From a virus, in the IMG/VR virus record IMGVR_UViG_3300024231_000003, positions 23,709-87,708 of that record: DNA of 64,000 nt; one strand, written 5' to 3'. A program made the position numbers and the translations under genes. Each line of letters begins with the position of its first letter. Within the stretch, counting starts at the first letter, position 1. Below are positions 8,805 through 17,877 of this stretch, one piece after another. Under the pieces are notes generated by a model. That model worked only from the letters and a program-made list of their open reading frames with translations, was not told the origin of the DNA and searched no databases.

Positions 8805-9509
8805 ATGGCTTTAACAGGTAAACAATTCGTAGAACAAGTAGCAGCAGATAACGCAGCACTATTCACAGCATCAAAAATGAACGTAAAAGCGTATTTTGAG
8901 AGCAAAAACAACTCAACAGAAGAACTAGTTGAGCACTTCATCGGTCGTATGGTTAACGAACGTATGAACATGGTAGAGATCAGTAAGCAAGTAGCAGCAA
9001 TGCCAGCAAATGCAGATCCAATGGAACTACAAAATCTATCAAAGCAAGCACACGATGAAGCAGTACACTTCCGTATGGTTAAAGAGTGCATCGAAAAAAT
9101 CACAGGCGAAGAACTAGACGTAGACGCAGCAATCGCAGCAGAAGCAGCTAAGCCACAAGCTAAAGGTGCTGATCTTTTAGACAAGTACGAAGCATCAAAT
9201 GATGAAGCAGCACTAGCAGTATACCAAATGGTTGCTGAAGGTCGTGCAGAAGCAGTATGGAACCAAATGGCTGACTCAATTGAAGATTCATTCATTGCTA
9301 AATCTTATGCAAAAATCGCAAAAGACGAAGGTTTCCACTCAACTATCGGCGCAATGAAACTAGAAACAATTGCAACAGATGCAGATACACAAGCACGTAT
9401 CCTAGCAATCGTTGACGGAATGCGTAAAGACTTATTCAACGTATCATGTGAAAACACACTAGAAGCTGAAGGTTCAAAAGAACTAGTAGCTGAAGCATAC
9501 GGTTGGTAA
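8805..9509 (+). CDS. Ferritin-like diiron protein
   Basis: DEAVH and DEGFH ExxH motifs plus NE and AEG ligands; GGAG RBS before ATG 8805. Confidence 0.8.
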   Translation: MALTGKQFVEQVAADNAALFTASKMNVKAYFESKNNSTEELVEHFIGRMVNERMNMVEISKQVAAMPANADPMELQNLSKQAHDEAVHFRMVKECIEKITGEELDVDAAIAAEAAKPQAKGADLLDKYEASNDEAALAVYQMVAEGRAEAVWNQMADSIEDSFIAKSYAKIAKDEGFHSTIGAMKLETIATDADTQARILAIVDGMRKDLFNVSCENTLEAEGSKELVAEAYGW

Positions 9510-9537
9510 GTTATACTTAACAATTTTTGTTTAATTA

Positions 9538-9563
9538 AACCCAGTCTTTATGGCTGGGTTTTC
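9538..9563. terminator. Bidirectional intrinsic terminator
   Basis: AAACCCAGTC-TTTAT-GGCTGGGTTTT between convergent genes. Confidence 0.8.
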
Positions 9564-9566
9564 TTA

Positions 9567-9953
9567 TTATAAGGCAGTAAGCATTGCCATAATATCCAAT
9601 ACATCGCTAGGCTTTGCATAATATTCATCTTGTATCCATTCACGCTTTGGTGTAATATACTGACAGTCAAAACTATGATCTCCATTACCATTGCTAAATG
9701 CACAATAATTCCATACTCTACATATAACTGGTAAGTGAGTCATGCCTAATCGAGGTGCTAGGTATATTCTATGATTGCCAGTGTCTAGTCTAGCTTTTCT
9801 ACTCCAAACACCTACACTTAATACAATAGGGTCTTGTACACCATTTTCCATGATGTCGCTCATTAATGCTAGATCATCAGTTGGACTGAAATCTGGATTA
9901 CGATATGGAGCCAACATTTGTATTGGCATTTGTTGTATTAAGGTGCTATCCAT
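9567..9953 (-). CDS. ParB/sulfiredoxin N-terminal-like domain protein
   Basis: DIMENGVQDPIV..DTGNHR..LGMTHLPV. Confidence 0.65.
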   Translation of the reverse strand: MDSTLIQQMPIQMLAPYRNPDFSPTDDLALMSDIMENGVQDPIVLSVGVWSRKARLDTGNHRIYLAPRLGMTHLPVICRVWNYCAFSNGNGDHSFDCQYITPKREWIQDEYYAKPSDVLDIMAMLTAL

Positions 9954-10513
9954 CTTTGCATAAAGCTCTTTCTTACATAACCACGTTGTTGCACTCTGTG
10001 CCAGCTCTTTTCATTATTAAAGAAGATGCTGCAGTAATTAGGTCTTAATGGGAGTTCAATAACGTCAGTATCATAATCAGACATTATGATTGTTCCTCCA
10101 TCAGCATATTCTTCTTCTTGTAAAAATATTTGCAATGTAACCATAAATTCACCTTTGTCACGATGTGGAGGTTGTAATTGATTACTAGGCAAGTCTAATT
10201 TATACGACTGTTTAGCCACGTATGGATGAAAGTCTTGTTCAAATTTGTTAAACACTGCTACAGCAAATTCATTGCTTTTTAATGGATCAGTCATTATGAT
10301 ATCGTTATACTGGTGGTTACTCTTATTAGCTAAATTACACCAATTGCTTTCATCATCCATGTGATCAGACCAATCAATACTATCATATATACGTTGTTGT
10401 TCAATCAACATATCTGGTGGCAAAAATTCTGGTATTACTATATGATTCCATGGATTATTGATAATCTCAGTATCATTTATTTTTTGTAATATGTGTGTTA
10501 GAAAATCAGTCAT
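9938..10513 (-). CDS. 2OG-Fe(II) oxygenase
   Basis: PHRD, DGGT, SWHRV, RKS. Confidence 0.8.
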   Translation of the reverse strand: MTDFLTHILQKINDTEIINNPWNHIVIPEFLPPDMLIEQQRIYDSIDWSDHMDDESNWCNLANKSNHQYNDIIMTDPLKSNEFAVAVFNKFEQDFHPYVAKQSYKLDLPSNQLQPPHRDKGEFMVTLQIFLQEEEYADGGTIIMSDYDTDVIELPLRPNYCSIFFNNEKSWHRVQQRGYVRKSFMQRWIAP

Positions 10514-11273
10514 TTATATCCTTTATTATAAAGTTGGTCCAGTTTTTATTTGTATCAGGTCCTGCATGTTCACCATCTCTGCCCTTATCAACATAATACT
10601 CTTCTTCAAGTGTAGGCCATGATTTTATAGGTATAGTTGTATCTATCCCTTGTGGTCTATCAAAACAATGTACTTCTACATTATGTAACTTCCATGTATT
10701 AATAATAGATTGCTGCATTAAATATGATTTAGTCATGTAGTTACTTTCATAGTATACATATCTTTCCCAAAATTCTATGATGTCATTACCAGACCAGTGA
10801 CCAAGTTGTTGTATCTTATCATCTTTATATATCAGATATCTTGAAGGACATGGGAACATAATTATAACTTTTTTTGGAATATAATTAGACTGTATTAGGG
10901 CATGTGTATTATGGTGTAAAGTATCAACACTTGCACCAGACACACCCATATTTATGGTAGTATTATTTGTGATCTGTTCATATATATTTGGAATAGTATG
11001 CTTGTTATGCACGCCTTGACCAAATATATGACTGCATCCAAGAAATAGTACACATTCTTTCCAGTCAAATTCTTGTAATTCCTTTGTTCTATATCCGTGT
11101 GAATTAAGTCTATAATTCAGGTCCTGGGAATTAAAATATCTCCAATCAGTGCCTAGCTCTTTCTTTGTCTTAATCCAATTTGATTTGTGGTCATCATGTA
11201 ACCATTCGAGTGTAAGATTTGGAGTTTTTTTCTTATTTTCTAAATTTAAAATATCTATTTTATTAAACATCAA
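10506..11273 (-). CDS. SGNH-like hypothetical protein
   Basis: LNSHGYR, FLGCSHIFG, INMGVSG, RDGEHAG. Confidence 0.65.
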   Translation of the reverse strand: MMFNKIDILNLENKKKTPNLTLEWLHDDHKSNWIKTKKELGTDWRYFNSQDLNYRLNSHGYRTKELQEFDWKECVLFLGCSHIFGQGVHNKHTIPNIYEQITNNTTINMGVSGASVDTLHHNTHALIQSNYIPKKVIIMFPCPSRYLIYKDDKIQQLGHWSGNDIIEFWERYVYYESNYMTKSYLMQQSIINTWKLHNVEVHCFDRPQGIDTTIPIKSWPTLEEEYYVDKGRDGEHAGPDTNKNWTNFIIKDIND

Positions 11274-12369
11274 AATGATCCTTCCAATTTAATCCTCTGA
11301 TATTATTCAGTGTTTCAAAATAGGACAACATCTTTTCTCTTAACTTCCCCCGTTCATCTTGGCTACTATTGAATTTGACTATTTTTGTCAATTTTTTATT
11401 ATTTAAATCTAGTATTGTTTGTATTATTTCAGGACTGGCTAAAAATGGTTGTAAGTGCTTTGGTTCATAAACACTCATGCCTGCCCAATGTATATCCCGC
11501 TCATCACACCATTCTATTAATTTAGGTAGTGACTGCAAACTAGCAGCCTGGACACTAGTTTCAACATTAACTTTAATATTATCGTATGATATCATTTTAT
11601 CTACATTGCGTTCTAATTTGTCCCATTTGATAGGCCATCTTATAAAATCATTAGCTTTTCCATATCCATCTATACTAACATTTATTCGTACATCTTCAAA
11701 TTTAGATAGTACATCTTGTAGTTTTTTTCCAAAGCTGCCCCCGTTAGATGTGATTTGTATAATTGAATGGTTTTTATTTTCTTGTTGTGCTTCTAGTACA
11801 ATTTCTAAAAAGTCACTTAACAATCCTCTAACAGTAGGTTCACCACCAGCAAATCTTATTTTACGTGCTTTAGATGCTTCTACTGCAATAGTTCTAAATT
11901 TAGCAGGATCGTCAAACCAATTAACTTCTGGAGAATGATGTTGTGGTCTAAATATTTTAAGTTGTGGATTTTTATTGTGTTCTTCTTCCATCAAACTACT
12001 ATTGTAACTACCACACATAATACATCCAGCATTGCATATATTACCAAATTTAATCTCTGTGTCGAATAAACTAAACTCGCCTTCATTAGTATATCTCTGA
12101 TCGCCGTTATATATCATTCCGTCAATATTGGCTTTTTCATCTAGGACACATTCATTGCATCCTTGGCCAAACCTATTGTTTTTCATATCATTCATTAGTT
12201 TTTTATAAAAATCACTATTTAGATAATCTTGTATTGTATTTTCAGATACTAGAACTTGATCAGGCTGCTCTTGCCAAGCACAACATGGACGATAAACGCC
12301 TGTACTACTGATACTAATATGATTTACTGGCCATTTACACTTCATAAACATATTTATACTTGTTGACAT
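11263..12369 (-). CDS. Radical SAM protein with N-terminal Twitch-like domain
   Basis: CKWP..RPCC..CNEC, CNAGCIMC, FAGGEPT, FIRWPIKW. Confidence 0.88.
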   Translation of the reverse strand: MSTSINMFMKCKWPVNHISISSTGVYRPCCAWQEQPDQVLVSENTIQDYLNSDFYKKLMNDMKNNRFGQGCNECVLDEKANIDGMIYNGDQRYTNEGEFSLFDTEIKFGNICNAGCIMCGSYNSSLMEEEHNKNPQLKIFRPQHHSPEVNWFDDPAKFRTIAVEASKARKIRFAGGEPTVRGLLSDFLEIVLEAQQENKNHSIIQITSNGGSFGKKLQDVLSKFEDVRINVSIDGYGKANDFIRWPIKWDKLERNVDKMISYDNIKVNVETSVQAASLQSLPKLIEWCDERDIHWAGMSVYEPKHLQPFLASPEIIQTILDLNNKKLTKIVKFNSSQDERGKLREKMLSYFETLNNIRGLNWKDHFDV

Positions 12370-12391
12370 TGACTATCTATTATGCTAATAT
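12363..12391 (+). promoter_or_regulatory. Sigma70-type promoter for candidate ncRNA
   Basis: TTGACA-17bp-TAATAT with extended TG. Confidence 0.7.
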
Positions 12392-12397
12392 ATGTAC

Positions 12398-12576
12398 AGA
12401 CAGTATGCTAGTAGGATGACACGGACGCAATTTACTTGCAGCATCGAATACATATTGTCTAGTGGGGGAATAAAGCTTTTAGTTGACTGTTATGTATCTG
12501 GCCAGCATCATAACCAACTGTAAGAGTTAGGTAATAAAAACGGATTAGCTATCCTGATAGATCCTTGGACCCCCAC
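12398..12576 (+). ncRNA. Candidate two-domain structured ncRNA (~180 nt)
   Basis: AGACAGTATG/CATATTGTCT and GTGGGGG/CCCCCAC closing helices with nested stems; no ORF in track; own promoter. Confidence 0.6.
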
Positions 12577-12594
12577 ATATATTAAATAAAAGTG

Positions 12595-12628
12595 TTGACA
12601 CTCTAATTAATATGTAGTATTATAAATA
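12595..12628 (+). promoter_or_regulatory. Sigma70-type plus late-type promoter of tRNA cluster 2
   Basis: TTGACA-17bp-TATTAT with overlapping TATAAATA; shares AAAAGTGTTGACACT..ATGTAGTAT with the cluster 1 promoter. Confidence 0.75.
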
Positions 12629-12642
12629 CATAATATAAATTA

Positions 12643-12733
12643 GGACAGGTGGGTGAGTGGCTTAAACCAGGGGATTACTAATCCTCCGAACGTTCATAGC
12701 GTTCCGTGGGTTCGAATCCCACCCTGTCTGCCA
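12643..12733 (+). tRNA. tRNA-Ser(ACT), A34 anticodon
   Basis: GGGGA-TT-ACT-AA-TCCTC, long variable arm, G73-CCA. Confidence 0.88.
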
Positions 12734-12739
12734 AAGTTT

Positions 12740-12814
12740 TGGAACGTAGCATAATGGTAATGCACCGCTTTTTGGTAGCGTAGAGTATAGGTTCGAGTCC
12801 TATCGTTCCAGCCA
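12740..12814 (+). tRNA. tRNA-Gln(TTG)
   Basis: U1:A72, G73, CCGCT-TT-TTG-GT-AGCGT, CCA. Confidence 0.85.
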
Positions 12815-12819
12815 AGTTT

Positions 12820-12894
12820 GGTCCCTTCGTCTATCGGTTAGGACGCCAGGTTTTCAACCTGGAAAGACGGGTTCGATTCCCGTAGGGACTACCA
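12820..12894 (+). tRNA. tRNA-Glu(TTC)
   Basis: CCAGG-TT-TTC-AA-CCTGG, CCA. Confidence 0.95.
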
Positions 12895-12983
12895 TATCAG
12901 TGCAGGTTTGCTAACAGTATTAGATATTCCCCCAGGCGTCAATATCGCCACTGCGGTAAGGTTCGAGTCCTTAGCTGATACCA
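12895..12983 (+). ncRNA. Non-canonical tRNA-like RNA
   Basis: Acceptor TATCAGT/GCTGATA plus CCA and T-arm TAAGG-TTCGAGT-CCTTA, but no standard D-arm or 7-nt anticodon loop. Confidence 0.65.
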
Positions 12984-12998
12984 GAAATAAATACAACT

Positions 12999-14084
12999 AT
13001 GATAAAATTAGATACAGTACACGTTGAAATAACTAACAGATGTAATGCAATGTGTCCAGGATGCACTAGGCAAGATCCTGATACTGGAAAGTTACTCGAT
13101 TTTTTTCATACAACTAATGAAGTTGATTGGTCATTATCTGACTTTAAAAATATACTTCCTCCTCATATTGTTAAAGATACAAACATATTTTTTGGAGTAA
13201 CAGTTGATGAGCCATTAATGAATCCAAACTTTTTAGATATTGCAAAATATGTAATTGCGTCTGGAGGTAATATTGAACTTGATACTAATGCAGGTGCTGG
13301 AACAGAAAAAACATGGACTGAATTTGGTAGATTATCACGTGACAATCCTGGAAGAATAAGAGTTGGATTTTCAGTAGATGGATATGAAGATACAAATCAT
13401 ATATATCGTGTTAATGTCAAGTGGAATACAGTTGTAAGAAATATGAAAGCATTTGCACAGAATTGTAAAGATGCAACTTGGGTATATCTAGCATTTGATC
13501 ATAATGAGCATGATATACCAAAGGCAGAAAAACTAGCAACAAAAATGGGTATCAAATTTAAAGTACGTGCAAATACTCGAAATATTAAATCTTGGGTATC
13601 AAATACTACTATTAAAAAAGATAAAAAGATAGTTAAAGAAACAAAAATAGTCAAAGTAGACTCTGATAGTAAATTTAAACATAGCGACTTTGAAAAGATA
13701 AAAAAATTAACAAGTCGTAAATCTGACGAATATACTAAAAGTGAACTTGACACCATATCTTGTTTATTAATAGATCAACAAGAAGTTATGATTGATTGGT
13801 CAAAGAGAATGTGGCCATGTTGTTGGTGGGGAGATGCATATCTTTCAAAAAACAAAAGATGGATGAAAAACATTATTTCTCAATATGGAGATGATTGGAA
13901 TCGGGTAGATTTAACATCAATAGATAAAATACTAGATCATGAATATTATGCTAGTATATTAGGTGGTGAAGCTAGATATGATAATACTAGTAAATTCTAC
14001 TGTGGTGATAGTTGCTTTAAGCACTGTGGTGATAAAGGCAAAAGAAATTACGAATACTTTGATAAAGATGGCAAATCAGTCTAG
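12999..14084 (+). CDS. Radical SAM protein with C-terminal SPASM/Twitch-like domain
   Basis: EITNRCNAMCPGC, FSVDG..NHIYR, MWPCC, CFKHC. Confidence 0.88.
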   Translation: MIKLDTVHVEITNRCNAMCPGCTRQDPDTGKLLDFFHTTNEVDWSLSDFKNILPPHIVKDTNIFFGVTVDEPLMNPNFLDIAKYVIASGGNIELDTNAGAGTEKTWTEFGRLSRDNPGRIRVGFSVDGYEDTNHIYRVNVKWNTVVRNMKAFAQNCKDATWVYLAFDHNEHDIPKAEKLATKMGIKFKVRANTRNIKSWVSNTTIKKDKKIVKETKIVKVDSDSKFKHSDFEKIKKLTSRKSDEYTKSELDTISCLLIDQQEVMIDWSKRMWPCCWWGDAYLSKNKRWMKNIISQYGDDWNRVDLTSIDKILDHEYYASILGGEARYDNTSKFYCGDSCFKHCGDKGKRNYEYFDKDGKSV

Positions 14085-14113
14085 TCAAATAGATAAATAA
14101 AACTATAAGATAC

Positions 14114-14182
14114 TGCCGTTAACACGGCAAGCTGGACATACAGCTTAAACTAATTAAGGCGTTTGGGCGCCATCTAGACCCA
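14114..14182 (+). promoter_or_regulatory. Candidate structured 5' leader (two hairpins plus pseudoknot)
   Basis: TGCCGT/ACGGCA, AAGCTG/CAGCTT, GGCG-TTTGGG-CGCC with downstream CCCA. Confidence 0.4.
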
Positions 14183-14209
14183 TTTATAATACTTTAATTA
14201 GGAAGATCT

Positions 14210-16084
14210 ATGAATATATATTTAACACAAATTAATAACACCATAGCAGATGCAATCTTTCTGCCTCTTTCTGTTGGCTACGTGTGGGAATATGTTAAAA
14301 CTCAAAAAGACTTGAAGAAATGTAAATTGGGTGGTATCATATTTGAAAGAGATACTATAGAAAATTATATGGACCAGATAAAAGACCCTGATGTAATAGC
14401 AATTAGTACATATGTGTGGAACTGGACAATTAGCCAAGAACTAGCTCGTGCTGTTAAGAAGAAATATCCAAAATGCTTAATTGTTATGGGCGGACCACAA
14501 GTACCATTCAAGAAGCAATGGCTTGAGGAAAATAGAGATATGTGTGACGTTATTGTTACATATGCTGGCGAGCGTACATTTGCAGAAGTGCTTAGAGGAA
14601 ACTTAACAGCGCCAGGTATTATGAGTGAACACGGATACATTCCTCCCAAGCCAGATAGAGATATATCAGATATTCCAAGTCCATATTTAAGTGGACTAAT
14701 GGATAGTTTAATGGATCCTGATAAGAACTATAGTGCTATTGTAGAAACAAATAGAGGATGTCCTTATAGTTGTACATTCTGTGATCAAGAAGCAGTGTAT
14801 TATAACAAGATTGCCAAGTTTGATTATGATAGAGTTATTGCAGAAATAGATTGGGTAGTCAAACATAAAATTGACTTCTTATATTTTGCTGATAGTAACT
14901 TGGGAATATTTGATAGAGATGTAGACTTTATGAGATATATTGCAAAATGTAGAAACGAAACTGGATACCCTAGAAATATCGATTACTCAACAGCAAAGCA
15001 ATCTCCTGATCGAGTAACAGAACTTGGAAAAATATTAAATCAAGAAGCAGGCATTACACGTGGTATGACAATTGCACTACAGAGTATGAATCCTGATACA
15101 CTTAGTGCAATTAAAAGAATAAACGCTGCTAATGATAAACTAAAGAAAACTATAGATGATTTTCATGCAAATGGTGTTGATAATTATTGTGAGCTTATAT
15201 TAGGATTACCAGAGGAAAGTTTTGACAGTTGGGTTAAAGGTACTGGTGAAATACTTGACATAGGCAGTGATCACGCATTACAAATGCACCCACTAAGTGT
15301 TGTGCCTAACACTCCATTTATGGATGAAGATTATGTACAAAAATATGGTTTAAAATATACACCCACTCAAGCACCTGCAGGAGGAAATACGTATCCTGGT
15401 GATAGTAATGGTGAGATTGATTACATTTGCTATGAGACAAATACAATGACTCGTGATGAATGGATAGATGCATACTTCTTTACAAAAGGAATAGTTATAC
15501 CTCACCATTATCATGGATTTAGTCAAGTGTTAGCAACCTATCTAAACAGAGAGCTAGGTATTCCTTTTATTGAATACTATACCTTTTTGTTTAATTGGAG
15601 TAAAGTAAGTAGTGGAATTTTACACTCAGAATACATGGCACATACAAATAGTGTTCGTGAAAGCTTATTTGAAAATAAAACTTGGGGTCGCCCTGTAGAT
15701 GATACTGATAATTTCCACCTACAAGATAATGGTGCAACTGCATCTTGGTTATATGAAAATATAGATGCAGTATATAATGAGTTACTTATGATATGCAGTG
15801 TTAAGTGGGAAATAGATGTATCTGAAGTACTAAGATACAACAAGCACATACTAGATAGATATAATGAAACAACTCAAGATGCTGAATATGATAAAAATTG
15901 GCATGGATGGTTTAATAATAATGAAACATTAAAAGATGAAAATACTACTGTATCTATTACCACACGTAAAGAATATACAAGTAAATTAGATCACGCCAAA
16001 CATTTATTTTGGTATGGTAGAAAAGCCAAACGTTGCTTCTTAGCAGCAAATGAAAGGAAAACACAATATGATACGAGTAGCTGA
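14210..16084 (+). CDS. B12-binding (class B-like) radical SAM protein
   Basis: N-terminal cobalamin-binding-like domain (STYVWN..IVMGGPQ), ETNRGCPYSCTFC, ELILGLPEES. Confidence 0.88.
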   Translation: MNIYLTQINNTIADAIFLPLSVGYVWEYVKTQKDLKKCKLGGIIFERDTIENYMDQIKDPDVIAISTYVWNWTISQELARAVKKKYPKCLIVMGGPQVPFKKQWLEENRDMCDVIVTYAGERTFAEVLRGNLTAPGIMSEHGYIPPKPDRDISDIPSPYLSGLMDSLMDPDKNYSAIVETNRGCPYSCTFCDQEAVYYNKIAKFDYDRVIAEIDWVVKHKIDFLYFADSNLGIFDRDVDFMRYIAKCRNETGYPRNIDYSTAKQSPDRVTELGKILNQEAGITRGMTIALQSMNPDTLSAIKRINAANDKLKKTIDDFHANGVDNYCELILGLPEESFDSWVKGTGEILDIGSDHALQMHPLSVVPNTPFMDEDYVQKYGLKYTPTQAPAGGNTYPGDSNGEIDYICYETNTMTRDEWIDAYFFTKGIVIPHHYHGFSQVLATYLNRELGIPFIEYYTFLFNWSKVSSGILHSEYMAHTNSVRESLFENKTWGRPVDDTDNFHLQDNGATASWLYENIDAVYNELLMICSVKWEIDVSEVLRYNKHILDRYNETTQDAEYDKNWHGWFNNNETLKDENTTVSITTRKEYTSKLDHAKHLFWYGRKAKRCFLAANERKTQYDTSS

Positions 16085-16637
16085 TACTATTCCAAATGTA
16101 AGAACTATGCATAAAGTAGGGGTTCAAAATTTATGGTTAGAGACACATGAATTATTTGCAAACAAGAAGATTTTGCTTTTTGGTGTTCCAGGATCATTTA
16201 TTGTCGAGTACGCATCAAGTCAAATGCGCACATATGAATTCTTTTATGAAAAGTTTAAAGATTTAGGTATTGATGAAATATGGGTAACTAGTACTGAAGA
16301 CACTTATATACAACGTGCATGGTTAAACAGTGAAGGTATTGAGCAAATAAAAGCATTGCCAGATCCAGCTCTTGAATGGGCAAGTAGTATTGGTATGCTA
16401 GAGGATATGACCAAAGAAGGATTAGGTCCCAATCGTAGTCACAGATATGCAATGATTATTGATAACCTTATATGCAAAGTTGTGCATTATGAGGATTTTA
16501 CACACAACCCAATGACATGTTTTCAGGTAAGTGATGCAAACAGTATGATGAATTACTTAGAGAAGATACAAACAAATTATGAAAGGTTTAATAATGAAGC
16601 AAGAGATACAGTTACCGCTGAAGGAAAAATCAGGTGA
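16068..16637 (+). CDS. Peroxiredoxin (Prx5)-like protein lacking peroxidatic Cys
   Basis: KKILLFGVPGSF, GIDEIWV, RSHRYAMIIDN, VSDA; PxxxTxxC motif absent. Confidence 0.7.
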   Translation: MIRVADTIPNVRTMHKVGVQNLWLETHELFANKKILLFGVPGSFIVEYASSQMRTYEFFYEKFKDLGIDEIWVTSTEDTYIQRAWLNSEGIEQIKALPDPALEWASSIGMLEDMTKEGLGPNRSHRYAMIIDNLICKVVHYEDFTHNPMTCFQVSDANSMMNYLEKIQTNYERFNNEARDTVTAEGKIR

Positions 16638-17229
16638 GTATGCATGTGAACTCCCAACGCTTTGGTTTGATAGAGAATATTTATTAGACCATGTAAATGG
16701 AGTTGCGCTGGATAATTGGTATATTTTTGATTGTGGGCATATTAGATGGACAGTACAAGAAGCATTTGAGCCGCGGCTAGAATGTAAAAATTATAAGTTT
16801 AACGAATTTCATAAAGAACTAGCTGAGCTATTTAATCCGCCAATTATGCCAGATACAATGCTATACACTAGTACGCCTATAGGGGGAACACCTCCGCATC
16901 AAGATAGAAATAGATTAGGGATAATTAATTTTCCTGTCAAAGGAAAGTTTAATGAAAGCAGTCCACAGACGTTCTATAGTGATTTTGATAGAGATACATT
17001 AGAATACACTATGCACTACACAGAGAGCCAAGCTACAAATGAACTTGCTCCTTGGTTGTTTAGTGGTCCTAAAATTCATGGTGTTGAGAACATAGACGAT
17101 GCTGATAGAACAATTATTACTACGTGTTGGAGACACCATACTTACCAGCAAGTAGTAGACGGATTAAAAGACGGATCTCTTGTAAATTGGGATGTTAACG
17201 AAAAGAATAAGAGGGTTAAATTTATATAA
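16579..17229 (+). CDS. Hypothetical cupin/2OG-oxygenase-like protein
   Basis: PHQD, INFP, IHGVEN, R motif. Confidence 0.6.
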   Translation: MKGLIMKQEIQLPLKEKSGEYACELPTLWFDREYLLDHVNGVALDNWYIFDCGHIRWTVQEAFEPRLECKNYKFNEFHKELAELFNPPIMPDTMLYTSTPIGGTPPHQDRNRLGIINFPVKGKFNESSPQTFYSDFDRDTLEYTMHYTESQATNELAPWLFSGPKIHGVENIDDADRTIITTCWRHHTYQQVVDGLKDGSLVNWDVNEKNKRVKFI

Positions 17230-17870
17230 TGGAAAAAGTCGATAAAGCATTAATGAGATTACACTCTATGGATGATTGGATGCAAATGCAATCCTTCAAT
17301 AGTAATAATTTAATGAAAGAGATGGAACGATATAAAAATGATTGGAAGCCGTATAATGTAAGAAAGCCTAATAATCGTTGGGGACTTAGTATTACTAGTT
17401 TGGATGGCGAACTGAGCGGCATTCCAGATTTAGATAGTCTTTATGAGTATAATAAAAAGCACAATACTAATATTGCAAACCAAGATATTAAAACATATAC
17501 AGACGTTTATTATGATAGCCCAGAATTACAAAAAATTATAGAACCTTGGAAGCCATGGTTAGGAAGATGTCATTATTTGAGATTAGACAGCGGTGGATTT
17601 TTTCCAGAGCATTATGACATAAACAAACTTGATTATGAATTTGAGGACGCAAGGCTTATTGGTTTTGTTAATCGAACTAGCAAAGATACTATGAAATTTA
17701 TATATGGCGATACTGTTATGGATGTTAAAGAGGGTAGTCTGTATTACTTCAATGCAAGTAAGCGACATAGTGTCTTTAGCATGATGGATGATTGCATAAT
17801 GATTGTTTTTTGCTTGAAGTTTGATGACAAACTATTTGAAACAATGATGAATAACTACAGATTAAAATAA
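17229..17870 (+). CDS. Aspartyl/asparaginyl beta-hydroxylase-like oxygenase
   Basis: RLDSGGFFPEHYD, GSLYYFNASKRHSV. Confidence 0.72.
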   Translation: MEKVDKALMRLHSMDDWMQMQSFNSNNLMKEMERYKNDWKPYNVRKPNNRWGLSITSLDGELSGIPDLDSLYEYNKKHNTNIANQDIKTYTDVYYDSPELQKIIEPWKPWLGRCHYLRLDSGGFFPEHYDINKLDYEFEDARLIGFVNRTSKDTMKFIYGDTVMDVKEGSLYYFNASKRHSVFSMMDDCIMIVFCLKFDDKLFETMMNNYRLK

Positions 17871-17877
17871 ACTATAC

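Noticed and set aside
8777-9295. 172-aa antisense ORF in the ferritin-like gene (and similar ones at 3576-4064, 11477-11938, 58239-58769, 62803-63273)
   Set aside because: Low-information antisense shadows of well-supported genes, with no RBS or motifs
12398-12983. tmRNA (one- or two-piece)
   Set aside because: No Ala-type GGGG acceptor with G3:U70 and no tag reading frame recognised
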